Assembly (NCBI GenBank): GCA_965208575.1
Contig: CBDBOV010000003.1
Span: 448,001-512,000, forward strand
Length of the DNA: 64,000 bases
Direction: 5' to 3'
Origin: Spirochaetia bacterium
GTDB taxonomy: Bacteria > Spirochaetota > Spirochaetia > SZUA-6 > Bin103
A program made the translations under genes and the position numbers. The notes below the pieces were generated by a model. The model was not told where the DNA came from. It did no database searches and saw only the letters and a list, made by a program, of their open reading frames with translations. Positions 18,098 to 30,998 of this stretch are shown here, piece after piece. Positions within the stretch are counted from its first letter, which is position 1; every line of letters begins with the position of its first letter.

Positions 18098-19720
18098 TCA
18101 CTGCTCGCGGTAGAGGCTCTCGAGGTCGCGCTGGATCTCCTGCCAGTCGGACACGCCGGTGCGCTCGGAGAAGCGGCCGTAGTCCTCGATCAGCTTGTCG
18201 CGCAGCGCCGGCTCGGCGGCTGACAGGTCGTTCAGTTCCACCCGGTCGGCCTCCAGGTCGTACAGCTCCCAGGGGCCGGTGCGCATTCCCTTGCCGACGC
18301 CGGTGCGGGTGTAGCCGCGCGCTTTATTGTAATAGGAGACCAGCTTCCAGTTGCCCCGGCGTACGGCGCGGTTGCCCTCGTGCTCCAGGTACAGGGTCTC
18401 CGGGTTCTCCGACTCCTCGCCCTGCAGGTTGGGCAGCAACGAGCGGCTGTCGAGGGACAGGGTGGGGTAGCCGCGCACGTGGCTCGGATAGGGCGCGCCG
18501 GTCAGGTCGAGGCAGGTGGCCATGATGTCCTTGACGTGCGCGTAGTAGCTCGTCTCGATGCGGCCGCCGCCGACCTGGTTGGGGTGGTGGAAGATGAACG
18601 GGGTGGCCGAGCCGCCCTCGTGCAGCCAGTGCTTGAACAGCCGGAACGGCGTGTTGGAGGCGTTGGCCCACGGCAGGAAGCACGCGGTGTAGGACTCCTT
18701 GGGGCCGGCCGGCACGTCGGGGACGGGATCCCACGACTCGGCGCAGGCACCGTTGTCGGAGGCGAACATGATCACCGTGTTGTCGAGGTCGCGGGTGCGG
18801 CGGATCTGGTCGAGCAGCCGCCCGACGCCCTGATCCATGCGGTCGATCATGGCCGCGTACACCGCCATGCGCAGGTCCCACTCGTCCGCGCTGAAGGTGC
18901 GCCCCTGGGCGTCGGGGAAGCGGTCGATCTGGTCCCACGGCGGACACTCCGGGTCGCGCGGCGATAGCTGCAGGTCGTCGGCGAACAGCCCCAGCTCTTT
19001 CTGGCGGGCCAGCCGGCGGCGGCGGACCTCGTCCCAGCCGCAGGTATAGGCGCCGCGGTACCGGGCGATGTCTCCCGGCCAAGCGTGCAACGGCCAGTGC
19101 GGGGCGTTGTAGCCCAGGTACAGGAAGTAGGGACGGTCGGGATCGGCCTCGGCGACGAACTGCGCGGCGCGGTCGCTGAACCAGTCGGTGGTGTAGAAGT
19201 CGGGCGGCAGGTCGGTAACCGGCTCGTCGTCCTCCAGCAGCCCCGCCTGCGCGCCCGGCTCCCAGTAGTTGCAGGCGCCCGACAGCATGCCGGCGTAGCG
19301 GTCGAAGCCGCGGTCGGTGGGCCAGTGCGGGCGGTAGTTGCCGACGTGCCACTTGCCGGCCATGAAGGTCTGGTAGCCGGCGGGGCGCAGCGCCTCGGCG
19401 ATGGTCGCGGTGTGGTCGCCCAGGTAGCCGCGGTAGTGGGGGCGTCCGAGCAGGCGGCTCTGGCGCACGGCGTCCGAGGTCTGCGCGGTCATGTGCCCGA
19501 TGCCGGCGCGGTGCGGGTACAGCCCGGTGAGCAGCGCGGCACGGGTCGGGCAGCAGCGCGCGCAGTTGTAGAACTGCGTGTAGCGGACGCCGCCCGCGGC
19601 CAGCCGGTCCAGGTTGGGGGTGGCGATCTCGCCGCCGTAGCAGCCCAGGTCGGACCAGCCCATGTCGTCCACCAGGATCACGACCACATCGGGCCGGGCG
19701 TCGGGTCGATGGTCGCTCAT
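18098..19720 (-). CDS. Arylsulfatase (Cys-type)
   Basis: ILVDDMGWSDLG, CCPTRAALLTG (CxPxR), GKWH, SDNG, WELYDL. Confidence 0.95.
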   Translation of the reverse strand: MSDHRPDARPDVVVILVDDMGWSDLGCYGGEIATPNLDRLAAGGVRYTQFYNCARCCPTRAALLTGLYPHRAGIGHMTAQTSDAVRQSRLLGRPHYRGYLGDHTATIAEALRPAGYQTFMAGKWHVGNYRPHWPTDRGFDRYAGMLSGACNYWEPGAQAGLLEDDEPVTDLPPDFYTTDWFSDRAAQFVAEADPDRPYFLYLGYNAPHWPLHAWPGDIARYRGAYTCGWDEVRRRRLARQKELGLFADDLQLSPRDPECPPWDQIDRFPDAQGRTFSADEWDLRMAVYAAMIDRMDQGVGRLLDQIRRTRDLDNTVIMFASDNGACAESWDPVPDVPAGPKESYTACFLPWANASNTPFRLFKHWLHEGGSATPFIFHHPNQVGGGRIETSYYAHVKDIMATCLDLTGAPYPSHVRGYPTLSLDSRSLLPNLQGEESENPETLYLEHEGNRAVRRGNWKLVSYYNKARGYTRTGVGKGMRTGPWELYDLEADRVELNDLSAAEPALRDKLIEDYGRFSERTGVSDWQEIQRDLESLYREQ

Positions 19721-19828
19721 CGCCTCAATCTAACCGTTCGCATGCCGCCGCTCAACCCTGCCCATGCGGCGGGTCCGCGCCGCAATGGTTCGGCTCTTGG
19801 TATCGAATTCGTGATAATCTGCTCTCCC

Positions 19829-22279
19829 GTGTATCGAACGTTCGTTTTTTTGACCGTGATGCTGTCGATTCTGCTGGCAGTTGGGTCGTGCGCGTCTCGC
19901 GCCGCCACCGTCCGAACCGCGACGCCTGCCGTGCCGGGGACGGGCGGCCCCGGAACCGACAGCGAGACACAGCTTCCGGCTCAACCGCCAGCCCCGCCGC
20001 CAGCCCAGCCGCCGGCTCAACCGCCAGCCCAGCCGCCAGCCGAACCGCCGGCCCAACCGCCACCCCAGCCGCAACCGACCCCGCAGACCCCGCAGACCCC
20101 GCGGGCCAAGTGTATCCCCGTTCACGACGGCGGGTGTGTGTCGGCGGCCGCCTTCAAGACGGCGACGAATGCGCTCGCGCAGCAGTATCGATCGCACCGG
20201 AACTTCGCCAACCAATGGGGCCTGAGCCGCGTGGGGGCGGACCACGCCTATGCCCATGTCAATCAGCTCAAAGGGGAGGCCGCGGCGCCCGGCGCCGGCG
20301 TGACCATCGGATTCATCGACTCCGGAATCGACCAGGACCATCCCGACTTCGCCGGCAAAACGATCACCGAAGTGCTGGTCGGCAAGGACACGAAAGATGA
20401 GACCGGTACTCGTTCCTCCCACGGCACCGCCGTGGCCAGCGTGGCCGCCGGAATCCGGAGTCAGCACGAGAAATCCGCGCATGGCGTGGCGTGGGGTGCC
20501 GACATCACCATGTTCGCGATTCCTACGGGATCGGGAGGCTATCAGTACGATCCCATATCGCTTACCGGGCTTGGTTCGGTCGCCGGTCTCTGGCGCGACC
20601 TGTTCGACGACGTGTTTGCCTGGCGTGACGGAACGAGAAGAGTCGATGTCCTGAACCTGAGCATCGGCCACCAAGGCATCATCGACAGCTACAGCGAACA
20701 GGAGTTGCGGGACAACTTCGGAACCGCGATAACCGCCATGGCGCAAGCGGGCTCCGACGACAAGACGATTCTGGTGTGGGCCGCCGGCAACAGCCACGGC
20801 TGGCTCTGCTTGCCCGAGTCGACCGCCCTCTGTGACGACTTCCAGGTGAATGCGGTCTCGGTCGACATACTGGCCGGCCTGGTCGCCCGGATCAGCGAGC
20901 TGCAGGGACACTCGATCGCCGTGGTCGCCCTGAAGCCGGACGGCACCATTGCCGACTTCTCCAATCGCTGCGGCATCGCCGCCGACCACTGCATCGCGGC
21001 GCCGGGACAGGCGGTTCGCGTCGCCTACTTCGGCCCTCACGCGGGCACCGGCGCCCCGACTCGGGGCCATGCCGACTCGTCGGGCACCTCCTTCGCCGCG
21101 CCGTTCGTGGCCGGCGGGCTGGCGGTGATGAAGCAGTTGTTCCGCGGCCAGCTTGCCAACACCGAACTGGTTGCGCGGCTGTTGCAGACCGCCAACGACG
21201 ACGGCATCTACGCCGACCGCGCCGTGTACGGCCGGGGCGCGCTGGACCTGCGCGCCGCGACCTGGCCGGTGGGCGTACTGGACGTGCCGGTCGGCAGCAG
21301 CCGCGTGGACGGTCCCGGCGCCGCCCTGGCCGCGACCCGGCTGCGGGCCGGCGCCGCATTCGGCGACGGCATGGAACGCTCCCTGTCGGGGCGCGAGATT
21401 GCCGCCTTCGACACGCTCGGCGCCCCGTTCTGGTTCGACCTCGGCGATCTCACGGCGACCGCGGCGGCGCGCGGACTGGTCGACGAGCCGCGCGTCGACG
21501 GGACCGGGTACCCGGCCTACCGGCCGTCAGGCAGTGCGGCGGATGCTCACTGGCGGGTGGGCTTCCTGGAGCAGCCGGCCGGCCTGTCCGGCGGCCACCT
21601 CGCACTCGCCGAGCGCGCGCCGGGGTTGACGCTGACCGATCGCCGCGCGCTGGCCGGCACCGCCTTCACCACCGAAGGGTCATCAGGGCGCACGCCGGTC
21701 TCCGGTGCCGCGGTGTGGTGGCAGCCGGCCGATTCCCCGCTCGGCTTTCGCGCCGGCTGGCTGCGCGAGCCGGCGAGCGTGCTCGGCAGCACCGGCGACG
21801 GCGCCTTCGGGACGCTGGCGGGCGATACCGCGTTTGCCGGTGCCGCGGCGGAGGCGGGGCTTGGCGCATGGCAGGTGCGGGCGAGCGCGGAAATCGGAAC
21901 GGCCGCTGCCGCGCCGCACGGCGGCATTGTCTCGGCGGTGTCGCCGTTGACCACGAGTGCGGCTGCCGTTTCGGTGAGCCGGCCGGTCGCCGGCGGTGGC
22001 ACGCTGCGTGTGTCGGTGTCGCAACCGCTGCGGGTGGAATCGGGCCGGGCGGTGCTGTCGGTGCCCGCCGGCCGTACCAAGGCGGGCGAGGTAGTGCAGC
22101 ACGTCTTCTCGGCCGATCTCACGCCGAGCGGACGCCAGGTCGACGTGACCGCCGAGTGGCACCAGCCGTTGGCAATCGGCGAGTTTCGCGTCGGCGCGGT
22201 GGTCACGCACCAGCCCCGCCACCGCGCCGCCGCGGCGCCGGAGTTTCTGGTCCGGGGCGGTTGGAGCTGGCAGTACTGA
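19829..22279 (+). CDS. S8 subtilase with lipoprotein-like signal, Pro-rich linker and C-terminal beta-rich (autotransporter-like) region; start approximate
   Basis: Triad FIDSG, HGTAVA, GTSFAAP; AAGN; LAVGSC lipobox-like; terminal WSWQY. Confidence 0.88.
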   Translation: MYRTFVFLTVMLSILLAVGSCASRAATVRTATPAVPGTGGPGTDSETQLPAQPPAPPPAQPPAQPPAQPPAEPPAQPPPQPQPTPQTPQTPRAKCIPVHDGGCVSAAAFKTATNALAQQYRSHRNFANQWGLSRVGADHAYAHVNQLKGEAAAPGAGVTIGFIDSGIDQDHPDFAGKTITEVLVGKDTKDETGTRSSHGTAVASVAAGIRSQHEKSAHGVAWGADITMFAIPTGSGGYQYDPISLTGLGSVAGLWRDLFDDVFAWRDGTRRVDVLNLSIGHQGIIDSYSEQELRDNFGTAITAMAQAGSDDKTILVWAAGNSHGWLCLPESTALCDDFQVNAVSVDILAGLVARISELQGHSIAVVALKPDGTIADFSNRCGIAADHCIAAPGQAVRVAYFGPHAGTGAPTRGHADSSGTSFAAPFVAGGLAVMKQLFRGQLANTELVARLLQTANDDGIYADRAVYGRGALDLRAATWPVGVLDVPVGSSRVDGPGAALAATRLRAGAAFGDGMERSLSGREIAAFDTLGAPFWFDLGDLTATAAARGLVDEPRVDGTGYPAYRPSGSAADAHWRVGFLEQPAGLSGGHLALAERAPGLTLTDRRALAGTAFTTEGSSGRTPVSGAAVWWQPADSPLGFRAGWLREPASVLGSTGDGAFGTLAGDTAFAGAAAEAGLGAWQVRASAEIGTAAAAPHGGIVSAVSPLTTSAAAVSVSRPVAGGGTLRVSVSQPLRVESGRAVLSVPAGRTKAGEVVQHVFSADLTPSGRQVDVTAEWHQPLAIGEFRVGAVVTHQPRHRAAAAPEFLVRGGWSWQY
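19969..20103 (+). repeat. 12-bp (QPPA) and 9-bp (TPQ) coding tandem repeats
   Basis: AQPPAPPPAQPPAQPPAQPPAEPPAQPP...TPQTPQTP. Confidence 0.8.
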
Positions 22280-22325
22280 CGGTGGCGTTGACCGTTTCCG
22301 GGTGCGGCGACTAGGATGAACGGCG

Positions 22326-23576
22326 TTGATGCTGGGGGAATTGCTGCACGATGCCATCGCGGCGATCAACGGCCAGCCGCTGTTGAGCCTCGGCGTTCTG
22401 ATTCTGGCCGGGTACCTGTTCGGGCGCCTGTGCCAGTTGCTGCGCCTGCCGACCATTACCGGCTACATCGTGGCCGGCCTGGTGGTCAGCGATTCGGTGG
22501 CCGGCATTGTCGACCACCACACCGTGGCGTCCCTGACACCGATTACCGAGGTGGCTCTCAGTTTCATCGCGATCACCATCGGCGGCGAGTTCCACTTCGC
22601 CAAGCTGCGCCGCACCGGCGGCAAGATTCTCACCATCACGCTGTTCGAGGCGCTGTTCGCGGCGGCGATGGTGTCGGTGGTGTTGGGGTTCCTGCTGCTG
22701 CCGTTCAGCTACGCGCTGCTGCTCGGGGCGATCGCGGCGGCGACCGCACCCGCGGCGACCGTGGTGATCGTGCGCGACCTGCGCGCGCGCGGCGAGTTCG
22801 TCGACTACCTGTTCGGCGTGGTGGCGTTCGATGACGCCGCGAGCGTGCTGCTGTTCTCGATCGGGTTCGCCGTGGTAACGCCGTTGCTGATGGGCGGCGC
22901 GGCGCACGGCGCCGGCGTGCTGGCAGCTCTCGGGCACGGACTGGCCGAGATCGGGCTGTCGGCACTGGCGGGAGTCGGCGCCGCGCTGCTGATCCATACG
23001 GTGGCGGGCCGGCGCCGGCCGGACAACGAAGTGCTGATAATCACGCTCGGCGTGCTGTTCGCAGCCACCGCGCTGGTACTGCTCCTGCACCTGTCCGCGC
23101 TGATTGCCAACATGTGCGCCGGTGTCATGCTGGTCAACCTGGCGCCGCGCAACCGGCGCGTGTTCGCCGCCCTGGAGCCGATCACGGCGCCGGTGTTCGC
23201 CCTGTTCTTCATACTGGCAGGCGCCGAGCTCGACCTGAGCGTGGTGAGTCAGGGCCTGGTGGTGGTGCTCGGGCTGGTCTACCTGGCGGCGCGCTTTGCG
23301 GGCAAGATGGCGGGCGTGACGCTCGGCTCGCTGGCAGTAAAGGCACCCGCGAACGTGCGGCGCTACCTGGGTTATTGTCTGTTCCCGCAGGCCGGGGTGG
23401 CGATCGGGCTGGCGATGGTGGTGCAGGGTTCGTCGCTGTTCACGGACGCACCGAACGAGGTGCGGGAGATGCTTCGGCTGCTGACCAACGTGGTGTTGTT
23501 CAGCGTGTTCGTGAACGAACTGATCGGGCCGTTGATTTCGCGGTTCGGGATTGTGCGCGGCGCCGCACGGTTGTAG
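22326..23576 (+). CDS. Cation:proton antiporter (CPA family)
   Basis: Multi-TM; LPTITGYIVAG, AATAPAAT, AFDDA, PQAGVAIGLA. Confidence 0.9.
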   Translation: MMLGELLHDAIAAINGQPLLSLGVLILAGYLFGRLCQLLRLPTITGYIVAGLVVSDSVAGIVDHHTVASLTPITEVALSFIAITIGGEFHFAKLRRTGGKILTITLFEALFAAAMVSVVLGFLLLPFSYALLLGAIAAATAPAATVVIVRDLRARGEFVDYLFGVVAFDDAASVLLFSIGFAVVTPLLMGGAAHGAGVLAALGHGLAEIGLSALAGVGAALLIHTVAGRRRPDNEVLIITLGVLFAATALVLLLHLSALIANMCAGVMLVNLAPRNRRVFAALEPITAPVFALFFILAGAELDLSVVSQGLVVVLGLVYLAARFAGKMAGVTLGSLAVKAPANVRRYLGYCLFPQAGVAIGLAMVVQGSSLFTDAPNEVREMLRLLTNVVLFSVFVNELIGPLISRFGIVRGAARL

Positions 23577-23602
23577 AGATGGCTGCTGACGGAGGTGAGC
23601 CG

Positions 23603-24424
23603 ATGGAGTTGGCTGGACTGTTGGAGCCGCGGCGCTGCACCGTGGCGCTGCAGGCGCGCAACAAGAACGACTGCCTGGAAGAGCTGGCGGCGTTGATGAC
23701 GACGGTCGACCTGGGGGTGACGCGCGAAGCGCTGCTGGCCGCCCTGCGCGAGCGCGAGCAACTCGGCTCCACCGGGTTCGAGCATGGCGTTGCGATTCCA
23801 CACGCGCGCCTGCCCGGCGCCGCACAGTTCGCGTTGGGGGTCGCGGTGTCGCCGCGCGGGGTCCGCTACGACAGCTCCGACGGAGCGCCGAGCCGGCTGT
23901 TCTTCGTGCTGGTCGGTCCGGAGGAGGCGCCCCAGGACTACCTGCGCTACCTGGCTCACATCTCGCGCGTCGGGCTGAACCGCGCCGCGCGCGAGGAGAT
24001 GCTGGCCGCGCCGACGCCCACCGCGCTGCGCGACGCCGTGGCCGCGCACCTGATGCCGGTGGCGCCGGCCGCGGCCCGCGAGGGCGGCAAGCAGAAGCTG
24101 CTGATTATCGTGCTGTACGACCTGCGATTCCTCGATGACGTGGTGACGCTGTTCCTGGAACACGGCATCCAGGGGGCCACCATCACCGAGTCGACCGGCA
24201 TCAAGAACATTCTCACCAACGTGCCGCTGTTCGGCGACTTCCTCAACTTTCTCGGCGACCGCAGCGAGGCGAGCCGCACCATCATGGCGGTGGTCGCCGA
24301 GCGCGACCTGCTGCCGCTGGTCACCGAACTGGAGCAGGTCACCGGCGACCTGGAGACCCACTCGGGGGCGGCGGTGATGGCCGTGGACCTCTGGTTCACC
24401 AAGGGCTCCCTGGAGGCCGGCTGA
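23603..24424 (+). CDS. PTS EIIA (fructose/Ntr-type) domain fused to a P-II-like domain
   Basis: RE..GSTG..GVAIPHAR phospho-His motif; C-terminal KLLIIVL...GIQGATITESTG...RTIMAVV; RBS GGAGG. Confidence 0.82.
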   Translation: MELAGLLEPRRCTVALQARNKNDCLEELAALMTTVDLGVTREALLAALREREQLGSTGFEHGVAIPHARLPGAAQFALGVAVSPRGVRYDSSDGAPSRLFFVLVGPEEAPQDYLRYLAHISRVGLNRAAREEMLAAPTPTALRDAVAAHLMPVAPAAAREGGKQKLLIIVLYDLRFLDDVVTLFLEHGIQGATITESTGIKNILTNVPLFGDFLNFLGDRSEASRTIMAVVAERDLLPLVTELEQVTGDLETHSGAAVMAVDLWFTKGSLEAG

Positions 24425-25521
24425 TGTCCGGCGGCGTGGGGTACGCGGGCCGGTGCGTGCCGGGGTTGCGACGGGTTCCCGGCCGGCGGACCGCGGCGTG
24501 GGGTCTTGCCGTGTTGTGGCTGGCGGCGGCCGCCCCGTTGCCGTGGGCGTACGACGAGGGCGCGGTTGCGGTGATCGGCGATCACGAGGTGTCGCGCGGC
24601 GAACTCATGGCGACCGCCGAGGCCGCGCTCGCGGAGCGTGAAATGGAACTCCTGCGCTGCCAGGCGCAGGCCACACGCGACCGCCACGACGTGCTGGAGT
24701 CGTCGTTGCGGCAACTCGTGCAGCGCCGGCTGCTCGACCTGGAGGCGGCCCGCATCGGATCAACCGCGGCGGCGGTGGAAGCCGACCTCGAGGCCGCGGC
24801 GGAGCCGATCCGGGACCAGGACATCGCGCTGTTCTACCAGCGCAACCAGGCGCGTATCGGACGCCCGCTGGCGGAGGTGGCGCCTCAGATCCGGGCGTTC
24901 CTGGAACGGCAGGCCCTGGCTCGCGTGCGCGAGGAGTTCTTTGCCGTGCTGGAGGCGCGGTTCGCGGTCGAGTACCTGCTCGATCCGCTGCGCTTCGAGG
25001 TGGCGGCCGACGGTTTCGCCGCCCGCGGGGAACCGGATGCCGCGGTGACCATCATCGAGTTCTCCGACTTCGAGTGTCCGTTCTGCGTGCGGGTGCAGCC
25101 GACTCTGGAGCGTGTCATGGAGCAGTACGCCGGCAGGGTGCGGCTGGTGTATCGGCACTTTCCGCTGACGGCGATTCACCCGCAAGCCTGGACGGCCGCC
25201 GAGGCGTCCCTGTGCGCCGGCGAGCAGGACCGGTTCTGGGAGTTTCACGACCTGTTGTTTGCCGAGCAGCACGCGATGGGCGTGCCCGACCTCAAGGAGA
25301 AGGCGCGCCGCATCGGCCTGGCCGGCGCGGAGTTTGATGCCTGCCTCGACTCGGGCCGCCACTCGGAGGCGGTACGCCAGGATCTGCTGGCCGCCACGGC
25401 CGCCGGGGTTTCGGGCACGCCCGCGTTCTTCGTGAACGGGCGCTTCCTGTCGGGCGCGGTGCCATTCGACCAATTCGCCGAGCTGATCGACGACGAGTTG
25501 GCGCGCCTGCAGAATCCGTAG
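24424..25521 (+). CDS. DsbA-family thioredoxin-fold protein with N-terminal helical (SurA-like) region
   Basis: EFSDFECPFC, YRHFPL, GVSGTPAFFVNG. Confidence 0.9.
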   Translation: MSGGVGYAGRCVPGLRRVPGRRTAAWGLAVLWLAAAAPLPWAYDEGAVAVIGDHEVSRGELMATAEAALAEREMELLRCQAQATRDRHDVLESSLRQLVQRRLLDLEAARIGSTAAAVEADLEAAAEPIRDQDIALFYQRNQARIGRPLAEVAPQIRAFLERQALARVREEFFAVLEARFAVEYLLDPLRFEVAADGFAARGEPDAAVTIIEFSDFECPFCVRVQPTLERVMEQYAGRVRLVYRHFPLTAIHPQAWTAAEASLCAGEQDRFWEFHDLLFAEQHAMGVPDLKEKARRIGLAGAEFDACLDSGRHSEAVRQDLLAATAAGVSGTPAFFVNGRFLSGAVPFDQFAELIDDELARLQNP

Positions 25522-25622
25522 GCGCCGGCGGCGCTGAGGCCGGCGTGAGGCTGGCCGAGGCGGCGGGCGGCGGCGGGACCGTCGATATTTCGGCGCCTTC
25601 CGGCTATGCTGAGAGCGAGCAG

Positions 25623-27089
25623 ATGGCAACCGAGATAGTAATGCCGCGGCAAGGGCAGTCGGTGGAGGCGTGCACCATCGTGCGCTGGCTCAAGCAGCCG
25701 GGCGACACGGTGGCAACCGGCGAGTTGCTGTGTGAGATAGAGACTGACAAGGCGTCGTTCGAGGTGGAGTCGACGGCGGCGGGCACGGTGCTGGCGCACT
25801 TCGCCGGCGAGGGCGAGGAGGTGCCGGTGCTGACGCCGATCGCGGCGGTGGGCGAGCCAGGCGAGGAAGCGTCCGCGCCCGGCAGCCCAGCCGCCGAGGC
25901 CTCGGCCGCCGCGCCGGAACAGGCCGGCGAGCCGGGCGAACCTGCTACCGCCGGCGGCGTGCCGAGCCGGCCGCCGTCCGCGGTTGCCGACGGCGGTCCC
26001 GGTGGCGGTCCGGGCGGCGCCAGCGGCGCCGAAGTGGGCGCTGAACCGGTAACCGCGCCCGCCGGGAACGGCACGCGGGCGTCCCGCCGGTGCCCCGCGG
26101 CGTCACCGCGCGCCCGGCGCCGCGCCACCGAACTGGGCGTGGACTACACGACCCTGGCCGGCAGCGGGCCGGGCGGGCGCATCATCGAACGGGACGTGGT
26201 CGCCGCCGCGCAGGCGCGGCCGGCACTGACCGGCGCCGCCCGTGCGGCAGCCGCCGCCGGTGCTCGGGTGCCCGCGACCGGCACCGGCATCGGCGGGCGG
26301 GTCACGCTGGCCGACATGGCGGCGGTCGCCGCCACGCCCGCGGCTGCCGAGGCCGGCGGCGGGCCCGAAGCGGTCGAGACGGTTCCGATTACCGGGGTAC
26401 GCAAGCTGATCAGCGAGCGCATGCAGCAGTCGCTGAGCGGCACCGCGCAGCTCACCATGCATGCCACGGCCGATGCCGAGGCGCTGCTCGCCTACCGCGC
26501 GCGCCTGAAGGCCAGCCCGGAGCACCTGGGCCTGGCCGGCGTCACCATCAACGACCTGGTCCTGTACGCCGTTGCGCGCACGCTGCCGCGGTACCCGGAG
26601 CTCAACGCGGTGGTGGCCCAAGACCGCGTCGAGCGCCACCGCGCGGTGCAGTTGGCGTTCGCCGTGGATACCGAGCGCGGGTTGGTGGTGCCGGTGATCG
26701 CGAGCGCCGACCGGCTGTCGATCGCGGCACTGGCGGCGCGCGCCCACGAGCTGGCTGCGGCCACCCAGGCGGGGTCGATCAGCCCCGACCTGCTGCACGG
26801 TGGCACCTTTACGGTCACCAACCTCGGTGCGCTGGGGGTGGAGAGCTTCACGCCGATCCTCAATCTGCCGCAGGCGGCGATCCTGGGCGTCGGCGCGCTG
26901 GCGTTGAAGCCGGTGCTCGCCGATCCGGCGGCACCCGGCGCACCCGATCCGGCGCAGGTCACCTGGCGCCGTCACCTCGGCCTGTCGCTGACCATCGACC
27001 ATCGGGTGGTGGACGGCGCGCCGGCGGCGCGTTTCCTGCAGGCGCTCGGCGCGGCGATCGCCGACATCGATCTGCTCGCCGCGTTGTAG
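25623..27089 (+). CDS. 2-oxoacid dehydrogenase E2, dihydrolipoamide acyltransferase
   Basis: Lipoyl motif ETDKA, subunit-binding GSGPGGRI, catalytic DHRVVDG. Confidence 0.95.
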   Translation: MATEIVMPRQGQSVEACTIVRWLKQPGDTVATGELLCEIETDKASFEVESTAAGTVLAHFAGEGEEVPVLTPIAAVGEPGEEASAPGSPAAEASAAAPEQAGEPGEPATAGGVPSRPPSAVADGGPGGGPGGASGAEVGAEPVTAPAGNGTRASRRCPAASPRARRRATELGVDYTTLAGSGPGGRIIERDVVAAAQARPALTGAARAAAAAGARVPATGTGIGGRVTLADMAAVAATPAAAEAGGGPEAVETVPITGVRKLISERMQQSLSGTAQLTMHATADAEALLAYRARLKASPEHLGLAGVTINDLVLYAVARTLPRYPELNAVVAQDRVERHRAVQLAFAVDTERGLVVPVIASADRLSIAALAARAHELAAATQAGSISPDLLHGGTFTVTNLGALGVESFTPILNLPQAAILGVGALALKPVLADPAAPGAPDPAQVTWRRHLGLSLTIDHRVVDGAPAARFLQALGAAIADIDLLAAL

Positions 27090-27102
27090 CGGGGCAGCGG
27101 GC

Positions 27103-28479
27103 GTGAGCGACTTCGATCTGGCCGTGGTGGGCGGCGGGCCGGGCGGATACGTGGCGGCCGAGCGTGCGGCGGCGCGCGGTTTGCAGACGGTGCTGGTGGA
27201 GCGCGAGCACCTCGGCGGGGTGTGCCTGAACAGCGGCTGCATCCCCACCAAGACGCTGATCCACTCCGCCAAGCTGCTGCAGCAGGCGCGCGGCAGCGCC
27301 GCCAACGGGGTGACGGTGAGCGAGGCGCGCTACGACCTCGGCGCGGCGATGGCCTGGAAGGGCGCGGTCACCGAGCGGTTGCGCGGCGGCGTGGCGAGCC
27401 AGATGGAACGGCACGGCGTCACCGTGGAGCGCGGCACCGGGGTGCTGACCGGACGCGGGCGGCTGACCGTGGACGGCCGCGCGTTGGGCGCCCGCAACGT
27501 GATCGTGGCCACCGGCTCGCGCGCGGCCCGCCCGCCGATTCCGGGCGCCGACCTGCCGCACGTGGTGGACAGCACCGGTGCGCTGCAGTTGCAGGAGCTT
27601 CCGGCCCGCGTGGTGATCGTCGGCGGCGGCTACATCGGCATGGAGTTCGCCTGCTACTACCACGCCGTCGGCAGCGAGGTGGTGGTGGTGGAGATGCTCG
27701 ACGACATCCTGGCCGGGGTGGACGGCGACATCGTGCGCCAGCTCAAGAGCGCACTGCCCGGCGTGGCGTGGCACCTCGGGGCGCGGGTGTCGGCGATCAC
27801 CGCTTCCGGCGTCGCCATCGCCACTGCCGCGGGCGAGCGGGAGGAGGCGGCCGACCTGGTGCTGCTGGCCACCGGACGCACGCCCAATACCGACGGCCTG
27901 GGACTGGAGGCCGTGGGGGCGGTGTTCAACCGCCGCGGCGTGACCGTGGACGAGTACCAGCGCACCAACGTGGCCGGCCTGTACGCGGTGGGCGACGTCA
28001 CCGGGCGCTCCCTGCTCGCGCACGCCGCCTCGCGCATGGGCGAGGTGGCGGCGGATGCCATCGCGTCGCCGCGGCCCGGCAGCAACCGGATGCGCTACCA
28101 CGCGGTGCCGTGGGTGGTGTATACCTTGCCCGAGATCGCCGGCGTGGGCCTGTCGGAGGAAGCCGCGCGCGCGTCCGGCCGCGACGTGCGGGTGGCCCGC
28201 CTGCCGCTGGCCGCCAACGGGCGCTTTCTCGCCGAGCACCTTGCCCCCGGCGCCGGCGCGCATGCCGCGCCGCGCGGGCTGGTCAAGGTGGTCGTCGACG
28301 CCGACAGCCACGTGCTGCTCGGCGTGCACATGATCGGCACGCCCGCCTCGGAGATCATCTTCGGTGCCGCCACCATGATCGAAGCGGAGTTGCAGGTGGA
28401 GGAATTGCGCGAAATCGTGTTTCCCCATCCCACGGTGTCGGAAGCGCTGCGCGACGTATTGTGGGAAGTGCAGTGGTAG
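27103..28479 (+). CDS. lpdA: Dihydrolipoyl dehydrogenase (E3)
   Basis: GGGPGG, GGVCLNSGCIPTK, GGGYIG, HPTVSE. Confidence 0.95.
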   Translation: MSDFDLAVVGGGPGGYVAAERAAARGLQTVLVEREHLGGVCLNSGCIPTKTLIHSAKLLQQARGSAANGVTVSEARYDLGAAMAWKGAVTERLRGGVASQMERHGVTVERGTGVLTGRGRLTVDGRALGARNVIVATGSRAARPPIPGADLPHVVDSTGALQLQELPARVVIVGGGYIGMEFACYYHAVGSEVVVVEMLDDILAGVDGDIVRQLKSALPGVAWHLGARVSAITASGVAIATAAGEREEAADLVLLATGRTPNTDGLGLEAVGAVFNRRGVTVDEYQRTNVAGLYAVGDVTGRSLLAHAASRMGEVAADAIASPRPGSNRMRYHAVPWVVYTLPEIAGVGLSEEAARASGRDVRVARLPLAANGRFLAEHLAPGAGAHAAPRGLVKVVVDADSHVLLGVHMIGTPASEIIFGAATMIEAELQVEELREIVFPHPTVSEALRDVLWEVQW

Positions 28480-28526
28480 CGCGGTCGGCGGCGGGCGAAC
28501 CGCGCGCCGCGAGGGAGTAACGGAAC

Positions 28527-30992
<2,466 letters not shown>

Positions 30993-30998
30993 AGGCGC

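Noticed and set aside
19085-19828. N-terminal extension of the subtilase ORF
   Set aside because: Antisense to the sulfatase; the signal-like peptide begins near 19829
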